24,000 bases of DNA from Methylobacillus sp. (GTDB taxonomy: Bacteria > Pseudomonadota > Gammaproteobacteria > Burkholderiales > Methylophilaceae), in assembly GCA_031277395.1 (NCBI GenBank), contig JAITML010000038.1, positions 36,171 to 60,170 of the forward strand, given 5' to 3'. A model generated the notes under the pieces. The model was not told the origin of the DNA, did no database searches, and saw only the letters and a program-made list of their open reading frames with translations. Each line of letters opens with the position of its first letter. The first letter of the stretch is position 1. Shown here piece by piece: positions 17,702 to 24,000 of this stretch. Both the position numbers and the translations under genes were made by a program.

Positions 17702-19371
17702 CCAAACTGAGCGGCGGCACTGTTTATGATCCCGCACACGGCATCGACGGCAAGGTGATGGATATTTATATCCGCGACGGTCGCATAGTCGAACGTCCGC
17801 AGGATACCGAGCGCATTGATCAGGAATACAAACTCAACGGCAAGATCGTCATGGCGGGTGCGATCGACATGCACACGCACATCGGCGGCGGCAAGGTCAA
17901 TATCGCGCGCAGCATGCTGCCGGAAGATCACCGGCACGATCCGGCGGCGCATTCCGGTGCGTGCCGCGCAGGATGCGGCCACGCCGTGCCTTCGACGCTG
18001 ACGGCAGGTTATCGCTACGCGGAAATGGGTTATACCGCCGGATTTGAACCTGCCGTGTTGCCGATGAATGCACGTCAGGCGCATCTGGAAATGGGCGACA
18101 CGCCGATGATAGACAAAGGCGGCTACGCCATGCTGGGCAGTGACGATTTATTTCTGCGCATGCTGGCCGCGAAAAAAGACCAGAACGCAATCAACGATTA
18201 TGTCGCATGGACCATAGCCGCAAGTCAGGCGATTGGCATCAAGGTGGTGAATGCGGGCGGCATCAATGCCTTCAAATTCAACCAGCGTTTCCTCGATCTC
18301 GATGAAAAAAATTCGCGCTACGACATCACTCCGCGCGAAGTTCTGAAAACCTTGTCACGCGCGGTGTATGAGCTGGGTGTGCCGCATCCCCTGCATGTGC
18401 ACGGCAACAATCTTGGTGTGCCCGGCAATGTGGAAACCACGCTTAATTCGATGGCGGGTGTTGAGGGCTATCCCATGCACCTCACGCATATCCAGTTCCA
18501 CAGTTATGGCGTCGAAGGTGATCGCAAGTTTTCCTCGGGCGCATCGCGCATTGCTGAGGCGATCAACAAAAACAAAAACATTTCCGCCGATGTCGGCCAG
18601 ATTCTGTTCGGCCAGACCGTCACCGTTTCCGGCGATCAGATGTCGCAGTTCCGCAACGCCGAGCTTGGCTCGCCGCGCAAGATGGTATGCATGGATATCG
18701 AATGCGACGCAGGCTGCGGCGTGGTGCCGTTCAAGTACAAGGATCAGAATTTCGTCAACGCGCTGCAATGGGCGATAGGACTGGAAATTTTCCTGCTGGT
18801 CGATGACCCGTGGCGCATCTTCCTCACCACCGACCACCCCAACGGCGCGCCGTTCACGAGTTATCCGCATCTCATCAAATTGCTCATGGACAAGAGCTTC
18901 CGCAAGGATGTGTTCGCCACGCTCAACGCTGACGCGCAAACCATGAGCACACTGGCTTCCATAGATCGCGAATACACGCTTTATGAAATTGCGATCATGA
19001 CGCGCGCAGGCGCGGCCAAGCTGGTCGGGCTGCATGACAGAGGCCATCTCGGCGCGGGCGCGGCGGCGGATATCACGGTTTACACCGACAATGCCGATCG
19101 CGAGAAAATGTTCGCCAAGCCGGATTACGTTTTCAAGGATGGCCAGCTTGTCGTCAAGGATGGCAGCATCGTCAAGGTGGTATGGGGCGCGACGCACACT
19201 GTGCGTCCGGAGTTTGATCGCGGCATCGAGAAGGAAATCAAAACCTATTTCGACAAGTACCACACCATCAAAATGGAACACATGAAAGTCAGCAACGACG
19301 AACTCGAAGACGGCGGACGCAGCAAGATCATCGTGCAGGAATGCAAGGGCCGCCGGGAGAAGACGGCATGA
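17695..19371 (+). CDS. fhcA: Formyltransferase/hydrolase complex subunit A (formylmethanofuran hydrolase, amidohydrolase family)
   Basis: 'AGAIDMHTHIGGGKVNIARSMLPEDHRHD', 'HLTHIQFHSYG', 'LTTDHPNGAPFTSYPHLI'. Overlaps the fhcB stop by 7 nt. Confidence 0.95.
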   Translation: MLTKLSGGTVYDPAHGIDGKVMDIYIRDGRIVERPQDTERIDQEYKLNGKIVMAGAIDMHTHIGGGKVNIARSMLPEDHRHDPAAHSGACRAGCGHAVPSTLTAGYRYAEMGYTAGFEPAVLPMNARQAHLEMGDTPMIDKGGYAMLGSDDLFLRMLAAKKDQNAINDYVAWTIAASQAIGIKVVNAGGINAFKFNQRFLDLDEKNSRYDITPREVLKTLSRAVYELGVPHPLHVHGNNLGVPGNVETTLNSMAGVEGYPMHLTHIQFHSYGVEGDRKFSSGASRIAEAINKNKNISADVGQILFGQTVTVSGDQMSQFRNAELGSPRKMVCMDIECDAGCGVVPFKYKDQNFVNALQWAIGLEIFLLVDDPWRIFLTTDHPNGAPFTSYPHLIKLLMDKSFRKDVFATLNADAQTMSTLASIDREYTLYEIAIMTRAGAAKLVGLHDRGHLGAGAAADITVYTDNADREKMFAKPDYVFKDGQLVVKDGSIVKVVWGATHTVRPEFDRGIEKEIKTYFDKYHTIKMEHMKVSNDELEDGGRSKIIVQECKGRREKTA

Positions 19372-20264
19372 TAATCAACGGCGTTGCAATCGACGATACC
19401 TTTGCCGAAGCCTTCGGGATGCGTGGCACGCGCGTGCTCATCACTGCGCAAAATCTCAAATGGGCGCATACCGCCGCCACCGCGATGACCGGCTTCGCGA
19501 CCTCCGTGATTGCCTGCGGCGTGGAAGCAGGAATTGAACGTGAACTATCGCCGGAAGAAACGCCGGATGGCCGCCCCGGCGTCTCCGTGCTGATGTTCGC
19601 GATGGGCAGTGCAGTGCTTATGAAACAGCTTGAAACCCGCATGGGACAATGCGTGCTTACCTGCCCGACCGCCGCCGCATTTTCGGGCATCGAGGGCGGT
19701 GACCGCATCAATCTCGGCAAAAATTTGCGTTTTTTTGGTGATGGATTCCAGACTTCCAAACAGTTCGGCGGCAAACGTTACTGGCGCGTGCCGGTGATGG
19801 ATGGCGAATTTCTCACCGAAGAAAAAACCGGCATGGTGCGCGCGGTCGGCGGCGGCAATTTTCTCATTCTCGCCGAGTCGCAGCCGCAGGCGCTTGCGGC
19901 GGGCGAAGCTGCGATTGAGGCCATGCGCAAGGTGCCGAATGTCATCATGCCCTTCCCCGGCGGGATTGTGCGTTCCGGCTCCAAGGTCGGCTCCAAATAC
20001 AAGACATTGAATGCCTCCACCAATGATGCGTTCTGCCCGACGCTCAAAGGACTGACCAAAACAGAACTGTCGCCGGAAATTGAATCCGTGATGGAAATTG
20101 TGATCGACGGCCTCAGCGATGCCGATGTGCGCAAAGCCACCCACGCAGGCATCTCCGCCGTGTGCGATCTCGGTGCAGCCAATGGCGTGCGGCGCATTTC
20201 CGCAGGTAATTATGGCGGCAAACTCGGCCCATTTCACTTTCATCTGCGGGAGATCATGGCATGA
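19368..20264 (+). CDS. fhcD: Formylmethanofuran--tetrahydromethanopterin formyltransferase (Fhc subunit D)
   Basis: 'MIINGVAIDDTFAEAFGMRGTRVLITAQN', 'FFGDGFQTSKQFGGKRYWRVPVMDGEF'. ATGA overlap with fhcA. The track ORF starts at 19341. Confidence 0.95.
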   Translation: MIINGVAIDDTFAEAFGMRGTRVLITAQNLKWAHTAATAMTGFATSVIACGVEAGIERELSPEETPDGRPGVSVLMFAMGSAVLMKQLETRMGQCVLTCPTAAAFSGIEGGDRINLGKNLRFFGDGFQTSKQFGGKRYWRVPVMDGEFLTEEKTGMVRAVGGGNFLILAESQPQALAAGEAAIEAMRKVPNVIMPFPGGIVRSGSKVGSKYKTLNASTNDAFCPTLKGLTKTELSPEIESVMEIVIDGLSDADVRKATHAGISAVCDLGAANGVRRISAGNYGGKLGPFHFHLREIMA

Positions 20265-21067
20265 CCGCGTTGACGCTCACGCTCAAAAAAATTCCGCAGC
20301 AGCGCATAGATTGCTCGCCGCTGACGCCGGATGCGCTGGCCGGAAAATCCGCCGCCGATATTGCCGCCATTCCATTGCAATCCGGCAAAAACACGCTGCG
20401 TGTTGATGCCTTGTTTGATGTTTCCGGCGACGATGTTGCCGAAATTGTTTTCATGAATGGCTGCGACAAGCTGGACTATATCGGCGCGGCGATGCACAGT
20501 GGTCGCATCATCATCCACGGCGATGCGGGCTGCTATCTCGGTTTCCGCAAAAAAGGCGGCGAGATCGTGCAGCACGGCAACGCGGGCAATTTCGCCGCGA
20601 GTGGCATGACGGGTGGACTGCTGCATATCCACGGCAACGCAGGCGATTTTCTCGCGGCTGCAATTCCCGGTGATCGCAAAGGCATGGCAGGCGGTCTCGT
20701 CATCGTTACCGGCAACGCGGGCGACCGCACGGGTGACCAGATGCGGCGCGGCATTGTGTTGATTGAAGGCAATGCCGGCGATTATTGCGCTTCACGCATG
20801 ATTGCCGGGACAATAGGCGTGATGGGCGCGACTGGCGATTATCCCGGCTACGGCATGAAGCGCGGCACATTGCTGCTGTTCAAGCCGCCCAGACTGATCG
20901 CCACGATACAGGATTGCGGCATGCATACACTGCCCTTCCTGAAATTGATGTACAAATCTTTCCGCGATTTGCCAAGCAAATTCGCGCACCTCGACCAGAC
21001 ACGCGTGCGGCGTTACGCCGGAGATTTGGCCAATGACGGCAAGGGTGAAATTTTACTGTTTTCGTAA
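20261..21067 (+). CDS. fhcC: Formyltransferase/hydrolase complex subunit C
   Basis: 268 aa with repeated glycine-rich beta-helix units ('IIHGDAGCYLGFRKKGGEIVQHGNAGNFAASGMTGGLLHIHGNAGDF...'). ATGA overlap with fhcD. Confidence 0.94.
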   Translation: MTALTLTLKKIPQQRIDCSPLTPDALAGKSAADIAAIPLQSGKNTLRVDALFDVSGDDVAEIVFMNGCDKLDYIGAAMHSGRIIIHGDAGCYLGFRKKGGEIVQHGNAGNFAASGMTGGLLHIHGNAGDFLAAAIPGDRKGMAGGLVIVTGNAGDRTGDQMRRGIVLIEGNAGDYCASRMIAGTIGVMGATGDYPGYGMKRGTLLLFKPPRLIATIQDCGMHTLPFLKLMYKSFRDLPSKFAHLDQTRVRRYAGDLANDGKGEILLFS

Positions 21068-21091
21068 TCGAAACTTTTGAGGAATTGCAAC

Positions 21092-22777
21092 ATGTCCGAA
21101 ACCAGGACCGTGCGTCTTGATAATTTGAAGCGCAAAAGCGGCAAGCCCAAGGGCCGCAGCGTTGAACCGGCCGCACTGCTGGAAGTGCAGCGGCTGCTGG
21201 GCGATGCTTCGCGCGCGCCAGACATGCTGATCGAGCATCTGCACAAAATACAGGATCATCACGGGCATATCTCCAGCAAGCACATCACGGCGCTTGCCGC
21301 TGAAATGAAACTTTCGCAGACGGAAGTTTATGAAGTCGCCACCTTCTATCACCACTTTGATGTGGTCAAGGAAGGTGAAGCGCCGCCTCCGCCGCTCACC
21401 GTGCGCGTTTGTGAATCCGTGGCGTGCGACATGGCAGGCGCGCATGACCTCATAGACGCGCTGAAGCGCGGGCTGGGCGATAAAATCCGCATCCAGCCGG
21501 TGCCTTGCGTGGGTCGCTGCGATACTGCGCCGATAGCCGTGGTCGGAAAAAATCCGGTTGACCATGCGACTGCGGATGCGGTCATTAAAGCTGCGAATGC
21601 AAAGGAAATCGAAGCGCCCGTCACCAATTATCTGCCGCTGGACAAATATGTCGCCGCCGGTGGTTATCAACTCTACAAAAATTGCGTGGAAGGAAAACGC
21701 ACGCCCGAAGAACTCATCGCCATCATGGAAAATTCCGGCTTGCGCGGCTTGGGCGGCGCAGGTTTTCCGGTCGGGCGCAAATGGCGCATCGTAAGCCAGC
21801 AGCCCGCACCACGCCTCATGGCAGTCAACATTGACGAAGGCGAACCCGGCACTTTCAAGGATAGATATTATCTGGAGCGCGATCCGCACCGTTTCCTCGA
21901 AGGCATGTTGATCGCAGCATGGGCAGTCGGCATCGACAGGATTTATATTTACCTGCGCGACGAATACGCGGGATGCCGCAAAATTCTGAGCCGCGAACTC
22001 GCGGAACTGCAGGATCATCCGCCCGCGCGCCTGCCGGAAATCCAGTTGCGGCGCGGCGCGGGAGCCTACATCTGCGGCGAGGAATCGGCCATGATCGAAT
22101 CCATAGAAGGCAAACGCGGGATGCCGCGTCTGCGTCCGCCGTTTGTGGCGCAGGTCGGTTTGTTTGGCCGCCCGACGCTGGAACACAACATGGAATCCGT
22201 TTACTGGGTGCGCGAAATTGTCGAAAAAGGCCCGGAATGGTTCACCGCGCACGGTCGCTACGAGCGCAAGGGTTTGCGCTCTTTCTCGGTCAGCGGTCGC
22301 GTGAAAAAATCCGGTGTGCATCTCGCTCCTGCAGGCATCACCATGCGCGAACTCATCAATGAATATTGCGGCGGCATGCTGGATGGCCACGAGTTTTACG
22401 GCTACTTCCCCGGCGGCGCGTCCGGCGGTATTTTGCCCGCGAGCATGGGCGACATCCCGCTCGATTTCGACACGCTCAACCAGTACGGCTGCTTCATCGG
22501 ATCGGCAGCGATAATCGTATTTTCCGACCATGACAAGGCGAAGGATTTGGCGCTCAATGCGATGAAATTTTTTGAAGATGAATCCTGCGGCCAATGCACG
22601 CCCTGCCGCGTGGGAACTGCAAAAGCGGTCGATCTCATGGCGCAATCCCACTGGGATCAGGCGCTGCTGGAAGAACTTTCCGTGACCATGATAGACGCTT
22701 CCATCTGCGGTCTCGGCCAGGCGGCGCCCAATCCGTTGCGCTCTGTCATCAAGTATTTTCCCGACGAATTGAATTAG
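21092..22777 (+). CDS. NAD-dependent formate dehydrogenase beta subunit (fused NuoE/NuoF-like)
   Basis: NuoE-like 2Fe-2S ligands 'CESVAC...CVGRC', NuoF-like 'GLRGLGGAGFPVGRKW', 'GAGAYICGEESAMIESIEGKRG', '4Fe-4S CGQCTPCRVG'. RBS GAGGA before ATG 21092. The track start 21077 is TTG. Confidence 0.92.
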   Translation: MSETRTVRLDNLKRKSGKPKGRSVEPAALLEVQRLLGDASRAPDMLIEHLHKIQDHHGHISSKHITALAAEMKLSQTEVYEVATFYHHFDVVKEGEAPPPPLTVRVCESVACDMAGAHDLIDALKRGLGDKIRIQPVPCVGRCDTAPIAVVGKNPVDHATADAVIKAANAKEIEAPVTNYLPLDKYVAAGGYQLYKNCVEGKRTPEELIAIMENSGLRGLGGAGFPVGRKWRIVSQQPAPRLMAVNIDEGEPGTFKDRYYLERDPHRFLEGMLIAAWAVGIDRIYIYLRDEYAGCRKILSRELAELQDHPPARLPEIQLRRGAGAYICGEESAMIESIEGKRGMPRLRPPFVAQVGLFGRPTLEHNMESVYWVREIVEKGPEWFTAHGRYERKGLRSFSVSGRVKKSGVHLAPAGITMRELINEYCGGMLDGHEFYGYFPGGASGGILPASMGDIPLDFDTLNQYGCFIGSAAIIVFSDHDKAKDLALNAMKFFEDESCGQCTPCRVGTAKAVDLMAQSHWDQALLEELSVTMIDASICGLGQAAPNPLRSVIKYFPDELN

Positions 22778-22790
22778 TTAGGGTACGCTC

Positions 22791-24000
22791 ATGAATGCTC
22801 CTGCCAATCTGCCCCCCACCATAGGCTTCTCGCTCAACGGCAAAAAAGTCGAGGCGTTCGAGGGCGAAACCATCATCCAGGCCGCGCAACGCAACGGTGT
22901 GGAAATTCCGCATCTGTGCTACAAGGACGGCTTGCGTCCTGACGGCAACTGCCGCGCGTGCGTGGTCGAGATCAAGGGCGAGCGCGTGCTTGCGCCTTCC
23001 TGCTGTCGCGCTCCCTCCCCCGACATGGAAGTGCAATCCGACAGCGCCCGTGCCACCGCCGCGCAAAAAATGGTGCTGGAATTGCTGCTGTCCGACATGC
23101 CGCCAAAAGAATACAAGCTCGACAACGAACTCACGCACTGGGCGAAAAAACTTGAACTCGGCAAGCCGCGTTTCAGCGCGCGTACCGCGCCTGTCGCCGA
23201 TCTTTCCAACGCAGCCATCACGGTCAATCTCGATGCCTGCATCCAATGCACGCGTTGCGTGCGCGCCTGTCGTGAGGAACAGGTCAACGATGTGATTGGC
23301 TACGCTTTCCGCGGACATCACGCTGCCATTGTTTTCGATCAAGGCGATCCCATGGGCGACAGCACCTGCGTCACCTGTGGCGAATGCGTGCAAGCCTGCC
23401 CAACCGGCGCGCTCGCGCCTGCGGGCGGTGTCGCGCTGATCACGCCGGACAAAACCGTGGATTCCGTTTGCCCCTATTGCGGCGTCGGTTGCCAACTGAC
23501 CTATCACGTCAAGGATGACAAGATCATTGAAGTCACGGGACGTGACGGCCCCGCCAATCATGATCGTTTGTGCGTCAAGGGTCGTTATGGTTTCGACTAT
23601 GCGCGCCATCAGCATCGACTCACCAAGCCGTTGATACGCAAACCCGATGTGCCCAAGGACGCAACTGCGGAAATGGATCCCGCAAATCCTTATGCCGCAT
23701 TCCGCGAAGCGAGCTGGGAAGAAGCATTGGATTTCGCCGCGAATGGCCTCAAAAAAATCAAGGAACGCGACGGCAAATACGCGCTGGCCGGATTCGGTTC
23801 GGCCAAGGGCAGCAATGAAGAAGCCTATCTATTCCAGAAGCTTGTACGCACCGGCTTCGGCACCAACAACGTTGACCACTGCACCCGTCTGTGCCACGCC
23901 TCCAGCGTGGTCGCGCTGCTGGAAGGCGTGGGCTCGGGCGCAGTTTCGAATCCGGTCGCGGATGTGCAGCATTCCGAAGTCATCGTCATCATCGGCGCCA
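22791..24000 (+). CDS. Formate dehydrogenase alpha subunit (NuoG-like N-terminus plus molybdo/tungstopterin domain), 3' truncated by window end
   Basis: Translated by hand from ATG 22791: 'CYKDGLRPDGNCRACVVEIKG', 'CIQCTRCVRACREEQ', 'CVTCGECVQACPTGALA', 'CPYCGVGCQLTYHVKDDKIIEVTGRDGPANHDRLCVKGRYGFDYARH', 'DHCTRLCHASSVVAL'. Absent from the ORF track because it lacks a stop in the window. Confidence 0.93.
   Translation, partial: MNAPANLPPTIGFSLNGKKVEAFEGETIIQAAQRNGVEIPHLCYKDGLRPDGNCRACVVEIKGERVLAPSCCRAPSPDMEVQSDSARATAAQKMVLELLLSDMPPKEYKLDNELTHWAKKLELGKPRFSARTAPVADLSNAAITVNLDACIQCTRCVRACREEQVNDVIGYAFRGHHAAIVFDQGDPMGDSTCVTCGECVQACPTGALAPAGGVALITPDKTVDSVCPYCGVGCQLTYHVKDDKIIEVTGRDGPANHDRLCVKGRYGFDYARHQHRLTKPLIRKPDVPKDATAEMDPANPYAAFREASWEEALDFAANGLKKIKERDGKYALAGFGSAKGSNEEAYLFQKLVRTGFGTNNVDHCTRLCHASSVVALLEGVGSGAVSNPVADVQHSEVIVIIGA

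Noticed and set aside
21053-22651. 532-aa minus-strand ORF antisense to the FDH beta subunit
   Set aside because: The plus-strand frame has clear NuoE/NuoF motifs. The antisense translation has no recognisable domain.
22749-23615. 288-aa minus-strand ORF near the window end
   Set aside because: It is antisense to the truncated formate dehydrogenase alpha subunit, whose FeS motifs are clear in the plus-strand frame.
21500-23990. Possibility that the NuoE/F/G-like genes are respiratory complex I or a hydrogenase diaphorase
   Set aside because: The fused NuoE-NuoF gene followed by a NuoG-like protein with the 'CPYCGVGCQL...DHCTRLCHASSVVAL' molybdopterin domain fits NAD-dependent formate dehydrogenase better. 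No nuo or hox genes are adjacent within the window.
1-24000. CRISPR arrays, tRNA/rRNA genes, transposases, defence or phage genes
   Set aside because: While reading I saw no regularly spaced repeats, tRNA-like cloverleaf/TTCGANNC contexts outside coding genes, or mobile-element proteins. This was a visual scan, not a computed search.

Overview
Chromosome-like window, densely coding, probably proteobacterial (beta/gamma or alpha cannot be settled from sequence alone). The backbone is C1 metabolism. A minus-strand Form I (IA-like) RuBisCO cluster reads cbbL, cbbS, an uncharacterised exported protein, cbbQ, cbbO and a 98-aa hypothetical, with a divergent LysR-type cbbR. Further along, a plus-strand cluster fhcB-fhcA-fhcD-fhcC (formyltransferase/hydrolase complex of the tetrahydromethanopterin pathway) is followed immediately by an NAD-type formate dehydrogenase (fused NuoE/NuoF-like beta subunit, then a NuoG-like/MGD alpha subunit that runs off the window end). 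Between them lie mltF, a ybaL-type CPA2 antiporter and a tandem UspA protein. The left flank holds an HD-GYP-like C-terminal fragment, a lipoprotein, a 443-aa possibly exported protein, a Sel1-repeat protein and a small rubredoxin missing from the ORF track. I see no CRISPR array, transposon, phage module or defence island. The most interesting observations are: a strong intrinsic terminator between cbbS and the downstream activase genes, with an uncharacterised Cys-containing secreted protein directly after it; a perfect 9-bp inverted repeat in the cbbR/cbbL intergenic region; and the compact fhc-fdh arrangement close to the CO2-fixation cluster. I do not claim a wholly new system.
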